Program-made: the position numbers and the translations under genes | Shown here: piece by piece, positions 19,428 through 36,050 of the stretch | Layout: each line of letters begins with the position of its first letter | How positions within the stretch are numbered: the stretch's first letter is position 1 | The notes under the pieces: model-generated | Told to the model about the DNA's origin: nothing | Databases searched by the model: none | Seen by the model: only the letters and a program-made list of their open reading frames with translations | DNA from: the human T2T-CHM13v2.0 reference genome, Homo sapiens | Length of the DNA: 64,000 nucleotides | Direction of reading: 5' to 3' | Assembly (NCBI GenBank): GCA_009914755.4 | Contig: CP068257.2 | Coordinates: forward strand, 41,952,001-42,016,000

Positions 19428-19622
19428 AGAAACCCAGATGTTGGAGAGCAGCAACAGCAAACTGTCCCTGCCAAACCTGACCAAACTGTAGACCCATGAT
19501 CAAGATAAATGTTAAGACTTTATATTTTGAGGAGGTTTGTTACACAGCAATAGAAAATAGAAACATTACTAATACATCGCTGAAGAAAAAAAAAATATAT
19601 ATATATATATATATCATAGCAA
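19428..19622. repeat. Direct-repeat copy A (~195 bp, containing a (TA)n run); its partner is at 20622-20815
   Basis: cccagatgttggagagcagcaacagcaaactgtccctgccaaacctgaccaaactgtagacccatgatcaagataaatgttaagactttatattttgaggaggtttgttacacagcaatagaaaatagaaacattactaatacatcgctgaagaaaaaaaa(at)n..catagcaagcaaca is about 95% identical to 20622-20815. Confidence 0.85.
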
Positions 19623-19905
19623 GCAACATAGAACTATTTGGTAGCCTGACTCCAGAGATGGCTACCAGGTGGGCCTGGCCTCATGTTCAGACCCTTGAGT
19701 AGTCACCTACACTGCGACTCACTTGTAACAAGTAGAACGCAGCAGAATGCACACCATGAGCCTTCCAAGGATGGACAGGAAGAAGCCTTAAGATTTCCAC
19801 TTTGGTCTCCTGCCACTTGCTCTAGGATCCCTGAGTCACTATGAAAGAGTCCAGCTACCCTAAGGCTGCCATGATGAAGAGACCACACAGAAATAGCACA
19901 GTGAA

Positions 19906-20536
<631 letters not shown>

Positions 20537-20621
20537 CTATGAGGAAAGAAGAGAGAGAAAGACACCCCACTAGCCCCCAGCTGTTCCATCCCTCAACGAT
20601 TTGAGTCATCCCAGCTAAGGC

Positions 20622-20815
20622 CCCAGATGTTGGAGAGCAGAAGCAGCAAACTGTCCCTGCCAAGCCTGACCAAACTGTAGACCCACGAGCAAGATAAATG
20701 TTAAGACTTTATATTTTGAGGAGGTTTGTTACACAGCAATAGAAAATAGAAACATTACTAATACATCGCTGAAGAAAAAAAATATATATATATGTATCTC
20801 ATAGCAAGCAACAAT
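20622..20815. repeat. Direct-repeat copy A' (partner of 19428-19622)
   Basis: See copy A. The two copies bracket about 1 kb containing the tandem Alu pair. Confidence 0.85.
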
Positions 20816-21216
20816 GCCCAACACAACAAATGTACTGGTAAATGAAGTCTGTATCATATATCTAGTATTTTAACTGCAAATGCCAATGCTGCATTTCATT
20901 AAATATCACTAAAACATGAACTACAAAGTAAAATAAATGTGAATAAATTCCTACACAGCTTCAGTATTTGTCAATCTGTTGGAATTTCTTTGTTTTACAT
21001 GGTAATTTGTACTTTGCTTACTGATATTTAATCTATCTAGAATGCCTGTGAGTCAATTCAAGGCCTACAGAATTGACTTTGTTACCATCTACCAAAACTA
21101 AAAAACTGCCAGTTAATTTTTCTGTTAAAATGATTTTTCTAGGTTCATTTTTCATTAAAAGTGCTTATAGGTAATTCTAGAGATTAGTATAGTAATTACA
21201 TAATTCAAGAAATGGG

Positions 21217-21508
21217 GCCAGGTACGGTGGCTCCCACCTGTAATCCCAGTACTTTCAGAGGCCAAGGCGGGTGGATCACCTGAGGTCAAGAGTTTGAGAC
21301 CAGCCTGGCCAACATGGAGAAACCCCATCTCTACTAAAAATACAAAAATTAGCCAGGTGTGGTGGCATGCACCTGTAATCCCATCTACTCAAGAGGCTGA
21401 GGCAGAAGAATCACTTGAACCCGGGAGGCAGAGGCTGCAGTGAGCTGAGATGGTGCCACTGCACTCCAGCCTGGGCAACAGAGCAAAACTCAGTCTCAAA
21501 CAAAAAAG
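21217..21508 (+). mobile_element. Alu
   Basis: Starts ggccaggtacggtggctcccacctgtaatcccagtac... Confidence 0.9.
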
Positions 21509-21519
21509 GAAATAAATCT

Positions 21520-21815
21520 GGGCCAAGCATAGTGGCTCACACCTATAATCCCAATACTTTTGGAGGCCAAGGTAGGAGGATCACTTGAGTCTAGAAGTTT
21601 GAGATGAGTCTTAGGCAACATAATGAGACCCCATCTCTACAAAAATAAAAATAAAAATTAGCTAGGTGTGGTGGCTCATGCCTATAGTCCCAGCTACCCA
21701 GGCTGAGGTGGGAGGATTGCTTGAACCCGGGAGTTTGAGGCTACAGCGAATTATGATCAGGCCACTGTACTCCAGCCTGGGCAATTAAAGTGAGACCCCA
21801 TTTAAAAAAAAAAAG
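21520..21815 (+). mobile_element. Alu
   Basis: Starts gggccaagcatagtggctcacacctataatcccaatac... with a poly-A tail. Confidence 0.9.
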
Positions 21816-21899
21816 AATCTGGTGTCAATTATTTGTGCTGAAAAGGATATACAGAGTTGAGACGTACTATGTCTGATACTTTTGCTTTAGACTGTAATA

Positions 21900-22198
21900 G
21901 TTTCATCTTATTTTGAGCAAAAAAAGTAATAATAGGGTATTGGCAGAATGATAGACATATAAATCAATGGTAGAATTGAGAGTACAGAAATAAATCCTCA
22001 CATTTATGGTCAACTGAATTCCAACAAAGGTGCCAAGACAAATCAATGGAGAAATGATAAAAGAATAATCTTTTGAACAAATGGTGCTAAAACAACTGGA
22101 TATCCACATGCAAAGGAAGGAAGTTGAATACCTACCACACACCATATACAAATATTAACTCAAAATGGATCAAAGATCTGAATATAAGAATTAAAGCT
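21900..22198 (+). mobile_element. L1 ORF2 fragment, truncated by a young Alu insertion
   Basis: It carries the L1 ORF2-like motif ...tattaactcaaaatggatcaaagatctgaatataagaattaaagct. The Alu at 22199-22515 is flanked by an attaaagct TSD. Confidence 0.6.
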
Positions 22199-22515
22199 GG
22201 CCGGGCGCAGTGGCTCACGCCTGTAATCCCAGTACTTTGGGAGGCTGAGGCGGGCAGATCACGAGGTCAGGAGATCAAGACCATCCTGGCTAGTATGGTG
22301 AAACCCCGTCTCTACTAAAAATACAAAAAAAAAAAAAAAATTAGCCAGGCGCGGTGGCAGGTGCCTTAGTCCCAGCTACTCAGGATGCTGAGGCAAAAGA
22401 ATGGCGTGAACCCGGGAGGCAGAGCTTGCAGTGAGTGGAGATCGCACTGCTGCACTCCAGCCTGAGCGACAGAGCAAGACTCCGTCTCAAAAAAAGAAAA
22501 AAAAAAAAGAAAAAA
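22199..22515 (+). mobile_element. Alu (AluY-like, young) inserted into an L1 fragment
   Basis: Near-consensus ggccgggcgcagtggctcacgcctgtaatcccagtactttgggaggctgaggcgggcagatcacgaggtcaggagatcaagaccatcctggctag... with a TSD attaaagct. Confidence 0.9.
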
Positions 22516-22540
22516 TTAAAGCTATAAAATTCTTTATTTA

Positions 22541-22663
22541 TTTTTTTGAATCTTACGCTGTCACCTGGGCTGGAGTGCAGTGGCACAATCGCAGCTCACT
22601 GCACCCTCAACCTCCTGAGTAGCTGGGACTACAGGCCTGCACCGCCACACCCAGCTAATTTCA
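22541..22663 (-). mobile_element. Alu fragment
   Basis: ctgtcacctgggctggagtgcagtggcacaatcgcagctcactgcaccctcaacctcctgagtagctgggactacaggcctgcaccgccacacccagctaattt. Confidence 0.8.
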
Positions 22664-22805
22664 TACTTAACAGACTAAAGTACACTGTAAACACAACTTT
22701 TATATATGCTGGGAAACCAAAAAATTCATGTGACTCACTTTATTGTGCTATTTGCTTTACTGCAGTAATCTGGAACCAAACCTACGGTATCTCTGAGGTA
22801 TGGCT
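22664..22805 (+). mobile_element. Tigger1-like terminal fragment
   Basis: The stretch ...tgctgggaaaccaaaaaattcatgtgactcactttattgtgctatttgctttactgcagtaatctggaaccaaac is about 85% identical to the Tigger1 terminus at 33740-33845. Confidence 0.6.
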
Positions 22806-23958
22806 GTATTTCAAAATCATATCTCTGATAAGGTACTAGTATATTACAAATACCTCTTACAACTCAGTAACAGAAAGGAAAATAACCCAATTAAAATATG
22901 GGCAACAAGGAGTTTCTAGTTCCAAATGGTGGCATAGAAGCAAGTTGGCTTCACTGCCTCCCAAAAGAAAACCAAAAACGAACATACAGCAGCTCCAAGA
23001 TTATCAGCAGCAATATCCCAGAACTCTAAATATGAGGCTCAGACAGCTCTCACGGCAACAGACAAGTGAAAAAACTCTGAACAGACAGTAAGACAACTGG
23101 ACTTTCATACCTGTGACACCCGTCTCCATAATGTGCCCAGCACCAAGCGTGAGGAAAATTTCCACAACTCAGTTGCTACACTGGAAAAAGCAGATGGAGG
23201 TGAACAACTACTGTCCCACCATCTTAGGTTCCCTGGCAGAAGACCTGTCCCTGCTTCAACCCATGGGAACCACTGTAAGTACCTGAAGGGAAACTATCCC
23301 TGAGGATAGCCAGAGGCAAAGTGGGGAAGCAGAACTACTATTCCCAGCCCTGGAAACGCTGCTCTGTAACTTGGCCAGAGAAGACACCAAATCAGAGCGG
23401 CTGTTCAGCAGATGCACACAGTAGAAGGTATGTCCCACAGGTCCCCTGGGCACAGACGCCTTGCCAGTATTCCCACACTGCCGGGTTATCCTCTTTGTGA
23501 CCTCCCCCATTCGGGATGGGCAATACTCTGATGGTTCCCTAGAGCCAAGGTAAACCTGGGCTTAAGGCACCATCTAGTGCCTATAAAGAGGCAGCAACCT
23601 AGCAGAAAAAAAGGAAGAAATTCAACAAGTAAATTACAAAGAATCTCTAAGTAAACATATCCAATAAAAAACAAAATAACCCAGACAGACAAGACTGGAA
23701 TAAATACTCTTTCAATGCAAAGACATAGACATATATCCATAAGAAACAACAGGAAACAGGGAACCACGGCCTCCCCAAACAGACAAAGCAAGGAACCAGT
23801 GACTGTCTCTAACAAGATGGCAATATATGAGCTCTCTGACCAAGAATTCAAAATAGTAGTTTTAAGGAAATTCAGTCATCTCCAAGATAACATAGAAAAG
23901 TAATTCGGAAATTTGTCAGAGAAATTTAATAAAGAGATTGAAACTTAAAACAATCAAA

Positions 23959-24361
<403 letters not shown>

Positions 24362-24787
24362 TCAACAGCGGAATGGATCAAGCAGAGAATCACTGAGCTC
24401 AGAGACAAGCTATCAAAAACACAGAGAGGAGAAAAAGAAAAAACCAAAGGAATGAAGATCACCTACAAGATACAGAAAATTACCTCAAAAGACCCAATCT
24501 AAGAATTATGGTGTTCAACAAGGTGATGAGCAACAATAAGGGGTAGAAAGCTTATTCAAAGAAATAACAGAAAACTTCCAAAACTTAAGATATAAATATC
24601 CAGCTACAGGAAAACCACAGAACACCAGAGTCAACTTAAATGAGTGTACCCCAAGGTATATACTAATCAAACTCTCAACATTCAGAAATAAAGAGAGAAA
24701 CTTAAAAACAGCAAAAGAAAAGAAACAAGTAACAAAGGAACTCCAATTCATCTGGTGACAGACTTCTCAACAGAAACTATACAAGCC

Positions 24788-25097
24788 AGGCTGGGCACAG
24801 TAGCTCATGCCTGTAATCCCAGCACTTAGGGAGGCCAAGGCAGGCAGATCACTTGAGGTTAGGAGTTTGAGACCAGTCTGGCCAACATGGTGAAACCCTG
24901 TCTCCACTAAGAAAACAGAAATTAGCCAGGCGTGGTGGCACATGCCTGTGGTCTCAGCTACTCAGGAGGCTAAGGCAAGAGAATCACTTGAACCTGGGAG
25001 TGGAAGGCTGCAGTGAGCCGAGACTGTGCCACTGCACTCCAGCCTGGGCAAGAGAGCAAGATTCTGTCTCAGAAAAAAAAAAAAGAAGAAGAAGAAA
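24788..25097 (+). mobile_element. Alu (within an L1)
   Basis: Starts ggctgggcacagtagctcatgcctgtaatcccagc... and ends ...gtctcagaaaaaaaaaaaagaagaagaag. Confidence 0.9.
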
Positions 25098-26514
25098 CCA
25101 TATAGGCCAGGAAGGAGTGGGATGATATTTTCAAGGTTCTGAAAGAAAGAAAACACTATATAAGAATATCGTATCCAGCAAAGCCATCCTTCAAATATGA
25201 AGGACTAATAAAGTCTTTCCCAAACAAACACTGAGAGAATTTAACACCAACCAGACCTATCTTAGAAGAAATGCTAAAGGAAGTTCCTCAAACTGAAAGA
25301 AAAACACACTAACATGCAGAAAGAAAAAAATTGAGGGTATAAAACCCACTGGAAAAAGAAATACTTAAATAATATATAAAATAAATATAAAACACACTGG
25401 TACACAGACAACCCCAGAATACTCTAATACTGTACTCATGATGTGCAATCCATGCAAAACTCTAGTGTGAAGCCTAGAAACAGAAACAATCAGAGCTACA
25501 GCGACCTATTAAAAGACAGGTAATATAAACACGTAAATTGAGATAACAAAAAGTCAAAATATGGGGGATGGAGTTAAAGTATAGGGGTATTTTTAGTTTT
25601 TTCTTTGTTTCTATTATTTTTTGTGATCAAAGATAAGTCATCTCTTTAAAATAACCTGTTATATCTAAAGATTTTTTTGTAAGCCTCATGGTAACCACAA
25701 AGCAAAAATCTGTAATAGATGCACTAAAAATAAAAAGCAATGAACTAAAACACACCAGAGAAAATCACTTAACCATAAAGGATGACAGTAAGAAAGCAAG
25801 AAAAAAGAAGAGGAGTTACAAAACAACCAGGAAACAAGCAACAAATTAGCAGTAATAAGTCCTTACTTATCGATAGTAACATTGAATATAAACAGATTCA
25901 ATTTTCTAATTAAAAGAAATATGGAGTGGCTGAATGGAAAGAAACAAGACTTAACTACATGCTGCCTACAAGAAACCCACTTCACCCATAAAGGCACATA
26001 CAGACTGAAAGTGAAGGGTGGAAAAAGATATCTATGCAACTGGAAACCAAAAAAAACAGGAGTAGCTACATCTATATCAGACAAAATAGACTACAAGTCA
26101 AAGACTGTGAAAAGAGACCAAGTCACTATATAATGAAAAATGGACCAACTCAGCTAGAGGATATAACAATTGTAAATATCTATGCACCCAACACAGCATT
26201 ATCCAAGTATATAAATCAATCATTAATAAATCTAAAGGGAGAAATTGACTGCAGTACAATAACAGTAGAGACTTCAACATTCCACTCTCAGTAATGGCCG
26301 GATGGTCCAGACCAAAAAAAAATCAACAAAGAAACATCAGAGGTAAACTACACACTAGACCAAATAGACCTGAATCTTTACAGAACATTTCACCCAACTG
26401 TTACAGAATATACATTCTTTTCATCAGCATATGGAACATTCTCCATTACAGACAACATCTTATACCACAAAACAAGTCTCAACAAATTCAAAAAGTAGAA
26501 TCATATCAAACAGC

Positions 26515-26648
26515 TTTTTTTTTTTTTTCGTAGAGATAGGATCTTGCCATGTGCCCAGGCTCGTCTGAAACTCCTGACCTCAAGCAGTCCTCCCACCTGA
26601 GTCTCTCATAGTGCTAGGATTACAGGCATGGGCCACTATGCCCAGCTC
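26515..26648 (-). mobile_element. Alu left-monomer fragment (FLAM-like) within an L1
   Basis: Poly-T, then cgtagagataggatcttgccatgtgcccaggctcgtctgaaactcctgacctcaagcagtcctcccacctgagtctctcatagtgctaggattacaggcatgggccactatgcccagc. Confidence 0.8.
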
Positions 26649-27554
26649 AGGTATCTTTTCTGACCACAATACAATAAAACTAGAAATTAATAGCAAGAGG
26701 ACCCTCAGAAACTATATAAACACATGGAAATTAAACAACATACACCTGAACAACCAAATGCGTCAATGAAAAAATTGGGAAGAAATTTAAAATTTTCTTG
26801 AAACAAATGAAAATGGAAAAACAACATACCAAAATCTCTAGGACATGGCAAAAGCGATACTAAGAGGGAAGTTTATAGCAATAAATGCCTGTATCAAAAA
26901 AGTAGAATGACTCCAAATAAACAATCTAATGATGCACCAAGGAAATAGAAAAGAACAAACTAAACTCAAAAATACTAGAAGGAAAGAAATAATAAAGATC
27001 AGACCATAAATACATGAAATTAAAACTAAAAAATGCAGAAAATTAATGAAACCTCGAGAGCCTCAAGGTTATCTCCGTAGTCCAACAAGTGTCCATGCCC
27101 AGAAGAGATCTTGTAGACGACACTCCCATACCAAAGCCTGACTTTATGCTGTTTGTTAAGAGGGTCTCATCTTAAAAGTACAGAGTCAATACAAGGCTGG
27201 TGATGAAGTCACCTGGGTCAAGGTTCCAGAGTGGTCTTCCTTCTTATAGTGCCTCAAATTATATTTGTTTGCTACCTGTTGCATTAAAAGTTTCTGTTCA
27301 GCTATTGTCCTGACAGATGATTCAACAGGTGATTCCGCAAAAAAAAGACGAAAAAATAATGTTGATCAGTGCTCAAGTTGTAAATCAACTCTCTCCAAAC
27401 TAACCTCACCTTTCAGGAGGTTCAACCACAATGGGGGAAACAGGACAATGCTAATGATCTCTCCTAGAGATCAAGGTACATGAGAAACAAATGGGTGCTC
27501 AAAGAACCAAAAACAGCAACAAGGACTCCTGCACACCTAGAAAAAGATGGGCTG

Positions 27555-27800
27555 TTCTGAAGACATGGGGAAAGGGAGCCACCAGCACATAAAATGGTAC
27601 AGTCACTGTGGAAACCTGTCTGGCAGTTCCTCAAAAAGCTAAACAGAGTTACTACACCCTGCTATTCCACCCCGAGGTAGATACCCAGAAAAACTGAAAC
27701 ATACATCCACACATAAACTTCTGCACAAATGCTCGTATCAGCATTATCCATAACAGTCAAAAGGTGGAAACAACCCAAATGCCTGTTTATTGACCCTTCA
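27555..27800 (+). mobile_element. L1 ORF2 3' fragment
   Basis: The stretch aaatggtacagtcactgtggaaacctgtctggcagttcctcaaaaagctaaacagagttactacaccctgctattccac... matches the L1 ORF2 C-terminal consensus region. Confidence 0.7.
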
Positions 27801-30382
27801 CTGCTGACTTAGACTCTGACAACAGAAGACCAGTAAGTTTAAGCTCAAAACTGGCACCTTATTCTTCCACATGCAGAGTCACACAATTCTAGGACTGGGA
27901 TACCATAATTGTCATCTAGTGTCAGACTCTTCTCAGAAGACAAAAACCGAAGGTCATATATTCAAGAATACAGGGTTAGTCAGTGGCAGAAGCAGCAATG
28001 GACATGAGGCCTCAAGCCCCACCTGGCCTTTTCTGCACGCCACACTGCCTCCATGTGTTGGTGTGAGCGTGTGGAGGAGGAGGGATTGGCAGGCCAAGAG
28101 CAGCCACGGTCACTGACACAAAGGTGCTCTGCTGGTAACTTTGTGTAACTAGGAAGGTCCCTGGAAGACTAAGCTGGATCCAGTCCTGCCCCCAAATTAT
28201 CAATCATCAAAAAGTAATTTTGATGCTGCAATTATTATCTAACATTATTTGAATACATAAACCAGAGACAAGGAGTACAATCATGATTTTCAAATCACTG
28301 AAAAGCAGAAAAAGCATTTAAAAGATTTCACTAGGAAGTTAAGCAGTTAATCTTCACAGGACTGTGAAGATTTCCGTCTCTTTCACACTCTTCATTTGCC
28401 CTCTTATCCAAGTTACTGGAAACAATCACATTGATATCAATGTGCTATCATTTACTACGGTTCAGTAGAAAATTCACAATATGTAAAGTAATAAGAGCAG
28501 ATGTTACTATTCCACCTTACAGATGTCCAGAGAACTGACATCCTGGGAAGTAGATTCACTGAGCCAAACCTCTGCACTACACTAACCTATCATTAAAGAA
28601 CAGTGACTACAGTTGAGTAGAAATTTAACAATTTCAAGGTTTAAATAAATTTCTGATTTCCAGCTTTAGCTTAGGATACAGAAAACTGGTAACAGCTACC
28701 CCATTCTTTCCGGGGGCAGAGGGAGAGATAATTTACCAAAATCACAGGTCTTCTTGAACACATTAGAGAGCTAAGGCTGGACATCAGCCAACCAATCTGA
28801 AAAATGACGAAAGACAACAGCCTCCAAGCAGATACATGAAGCAAGCACTTGCTCACCTGGGGCATATGCTGGACACCATACAAGGCAGCAAAAAAAATAA
28901 AAAATAAAAAAACCCCAGCTAAAATACTGAACAAATCACAAAATCAGTGGTTGCCTTGGGCTGGTGATGAGTGGAGAACTGGACTACAGAAGGATGGCGT
29001 GCAGGAAGTCTGGGGGAAGGAATTAGTTCCACAACCTAATTGTGGTGGGTAAATGACTGTATACTTTTGTAGAAATTTACAGAACTGCAAAAAGGTTTAA
29101 AAAAAAAAACTAAAGAATGAATTCACTGTATGTAAAATTTTAAAAAGAACATTTGTTTCAGAAGGAAAAGGATCCATTTGAGAGCTAACCCATGGTCTCT
29201 ATTACCTATCCCCACAGGATAGTCTTGGTATTTGAGACTCATAAGCCCCCAAGCCTCTGCAAATCAGCACTTTAATAAAATATTCTTCCCAGTCAAATTC
29301 ATTAACATGCAAATATAAGTGCCCACTATCCAACTCTTCATAAGAGTTCCTATGTAAACCACCACAAACACAGGAAAACAGCCGCGCTGAGCTTGAATGC
29401 TGGGCAACAGGGCGGCTTCACTCACAGCCCACTGCCTCACCAGCATGTCAGCCAGCAATTCAGGCAGCTCAGATTCACAACCAGCAACATGACAAGTCAC
29501 ATAGGTCATACGCCTTTGGGGTCACTTGCAAAGAGAAGAAAACGCAAATTATTTAATTTGCAAATGCCTTCTGTTAAAAGACAACCTTCAAACAATGTTT
29601 TTAAAGGGAGGGCAATGCAAGCCTGCTACAACTGTAGGTGCCATGATGAACGTATAGAATGCTGCCCTGCACTGGAGTAAGGAATAGCCAGAAAACATCA
29701 CAGTCTCAGCATCCACCCCGCAAGAACTATCATCAAGTTTTAAAGGATTAAGAAACAAATGTCTACACAGACCTACCCCATTAGGATTTCAATAAAAGAA
29801 TAACACCAAAAGAAAAATAAAATTTTCTCTCACTTTAACAGCAGAGAATTTTCCTAAGAACAGCATGGGAAAATAATAAAGCAAATAAAGCAGAGATTAA
29901 AGATCAATGTAAAAAAAAAAGTCTGAAATTAAATAATTCAAACTTAAAGCTGTTGGGACTTTAAATTATCCCAACCATTGTGAGGAATGTAGATATGCGG
30001 CTGCAAATTCTGCATTTTTCTTTCCTGTAAATAATTAAGACCAAACTGCTGAAGATAAGACTTCCTCAGATAACCCTCCTTGGAATGTAGCAATCTATAA
30101 ACAGTCAAATCACTGTGGCACACACACTGGTCTTGTATGGAAAATGTTCTAATCCTGCTGGAACTTCTCTGTCTCTGCCTATATCAGTGATATCTTCTTC
30201 ACTTTGGAACCCTGACCCCACTGGTTTGAAGTTGGTGTTTCTGAGTGGCCACCGTCAAGCTCTGTGCACAAATAAACTCTGTACTTAGTCATATTTTCTG
30301 AATCTCGTTAAGGCTGATAAGTCACAGCAATGTATTGAACCATTTCACTGACTTCAGAACAAAGAGCCTCAATACTCACTAG

Positions 30383-30712
<330 letters not shown>

Positions 30713-31255
30713 GCTTCTATACTGAGAAATTATTTAGTTCCTGGACTTTATCCCTTATGATAGTTCTGAGACGGAATTTTATCATAACTCTCAGGGAAAG
30801 GTTTACTTTATTATCTTTTAGGAGAATTTTACTGAAGAGGCAATTTAGGTTTTTGGAATTATATAATTATTATACTAAAACAACAGCAAAGAGCTCAGCT
30901 TAAGCTTAGCTTAAGGCTTTTACTTTAGCTAGCCAGACAGTAAAATTATGATTCTGAATAAAAGCAGCTAAACTTACTTGTTTTTTTCTGTCAAGGTACA
31001 TAACTACACAGAACATGCAAACTCATCTGTTTCCTTCAGATCATTCATTCTTAATAACTGATACTTATCAGAATCACCTGGGGTGATTTTCCAAAATAAA
31101 CATACCCGGTACCTATCCCAGAACTATGGAATCAGATTATCCAGGGTGCTCCCCAGCATTAATATCTGAAAACACTCCTGAGAGATGTTTACACACTCTC
31201 AACCCTGACTGTAAACACCAGTCTCTGTAACAGTCACTACAGCTGAAAAGAATTA

Positions 31256-33858
<2,603 letters not shown>

Positions 33859-33865
33859 CACTTAC

Positions 33866-33998
33866 TCGTGACAATTCCAGCCAGAGCGAAAACAAACTGA
33901 CTTTCATCCGAATCCAGCTCCTGGACATCACCGTCTAACGACTTCACAAAACTCTCCATTGTTTGACCAGTGATGCTGAAAAACTTCAAAGCTTTATC
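33866..33998 (-). CDS. HSF2BP: HSF2BP coding exon 5: DKALKFFSITGQTMESFVKSLDGDVQELDSDESQFVFALAGIVT(+1 nt)
   Basis: A 133-nt exon. The acceptor is ctttcag|GAT AAA and the donor is ACG A|GTAAGT (plus 33860-33865). The translation matches HSF2BP residues about 152-195. Exon 6 onward (NVAAIACGREF...) was not found in this window. Confidence 0.9.
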
Positions 33999-35389
33999 CT
34001 GAAAGTTTGAAAATCAGAGTGTCATATCTTTTTACAGACACTAGTGTGAAAACATTTTAAAAGTGCAGGATACAGAAGATTCTAGTTTTAATTGTAGAAT
34101 ATTGTAAAATCTATTCCCTCATTAAAAGTTCCCATTAAAAGAACAGAGAAAGCAGCTTGAGGCATGCAGGAGCAACAAAAACTACCCTGAAGATTGGTGG
34201 ACTCTTCACACGCATAAATATGATATAGGACAAATGTACATGATGATGAAAGTAAATGGGAAGAATTCACTCAAAATGTAATAAAAATATACTAGAAAAA
34301 CATGCTGCCTATTTGCTCTGGGCATTAAACCAGAGGTGTTCAAACCTTTAGCATAACTTTTTTCAAAAAAAAAAATCTTAATGAAAACATGTAAAAGAGG
34401 TAAAGACTGGCTCCTCTGGTAGTTTAAATCTTCATCACTTGGCAAAAAGCATTTCCAAGTTTGAACCTTTGAGTTACTTCCTTTGGGGTGCTAGAGTTCT
34501 GAAGAAGAATTTTAAAACCAATGTACATTTTAACCCAGTTAAAAAATTGGAAATATTTGCATTTACAAATGATATAAGAAAACTTCATGGATGATCAAAT
34601 AATCTAAAACTGGGTTGTGGTGATGGTTAATGCAACTCTAAAAATTTGCTAAAAACCACTAAATTGTACATTTACAATCTTACAGTATGTAAATTAAACC
34701 TAATAAAGCTCAACAAACTTTTAAAAACACATTTAGTCTTTCCACCTAAAGTCAAACACAACTGTTATTTCTATTAGCAGTAACTAATTTCTCACTGGTT
34801 TCCTGCCACACGTCCCCCTCTTCACCTTCATTTCCAGTCATGATCACGCCATGCTCCCAGAGTCAAACACCGATCTTTTTTGGCTCCTCTTGTCCCCTCC
34901 AGGTGCCCACTCTGCCCGGCCATCGCATCTGCCTCAACTGCCACAGCTCTCATACATGTTCCTTCTTTCCCATCTCCCCTGCAGAGGGCCGAGCTCACTC
35001 CAGCCAGACCAGCTAGAATGACCACCTCATCAGTCATCCTGTGTAGACGCGATGTGCCACAACTCCACCTCCTAATCCATCCTCACCCACTGTCAGGTGA
35101 ATCTTTCTAAAATTCTGCTCTTATCCTATCACTTTTATTGAAAAACCCTTAGGGAAAATCCAGTCTTCCCACCTACAGAATGAATCACCAACCTGGTATT
35201 CAAGGTCCCAAAGTCACATCCCAACCTACGTTTAAGCTTTACCTCCCCACTACTCTATGACATTAACTCTCCACTGTGTCAACTGACCTACTCACTGTCC
35301 TAAAACAAACCCACCCATTTTCTGCCATTTCTACCTATTCATCAAGGCCCATTTCAAATTTATCCCCTTCTGTGAAGTTCCCTGACAAA

Positions 35390-36050
35390 TGCCTGCACGC
35401 ATGCATACATGTGCGTGTGCACGCTCCCACACACACACATGCTCCCACACACCCACACGCTCCCACACACACGATCCCACATACACAGGCTCACAGGCAC
35501 ACACACTCCCCCCCCACACACGCTCCCCACACACACACTCCCACACACACAGGCTCCCACATACACACACATGCTCCCACACACACACACGCTCCCCCCC
35601 CACACACGCTCCCACATACACACGCTCCCACACACACACACGCTCTCCCCACACACACGCTCCCCCAAACACACACACGCTCCCACACACACACTCACAC
35701 AGTCTCACACACACACGCTCCCCCACACACACACATGCTCCCCCACACAAACACACATACGATCCCACATACACAGGCTCACACACACACACACACACTC
35801 CCCCACACACACGCTCCCCCCACACACACACACAGGCTCCCACATACACACACACGCTCCCACACACACACTCCCCCACACACACATGCTCCCATACACA
35901 CACGCTCCCACACACACACGCTCCCCCCCCACACACACACACTCCCCCACACACACATGCTCCCACACACACACACAGTCACACACACATGCACATGCTC
36001 AAACACACATGCTCACACACACACGCTGCCACACACACACACAGTTGAAC
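35390..36050. repeat. Minisatellite of about 660 bp with roughly 20-bp units (CACACACGCTCCCACACA / CACACAGGCTCCCACATA variants)
   Basis: The text repeats ...cacacacgctcccacacacac... It is the source of the His/Thr/Pro-rich ORFs at 35276-36176 and the Cys/Val/Gly ORFs on the minus strand. Confidence 0.9.

Noticed and set aside
25882-26533. ORFs of 79-86 aa with L1 endonuclease-like sequence (ETHFTHKG..., NIYAPNT)
   Set aside because: These are fragments of a frameshifted, 3'-truncated L1 ORF2 and are not intact.
29264-29509. Minus-strand ORF with weak similarity to the HSF2BP exon-6 region and a GTGAGT donor
   Set aside because: It has no in-phase AG acceptor. Continuing from the phase-1 end of exon 5 gives an immediate stop. 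It does not match the expected NVAAIACGREF... sequence, so it is a coincidental resemblance.
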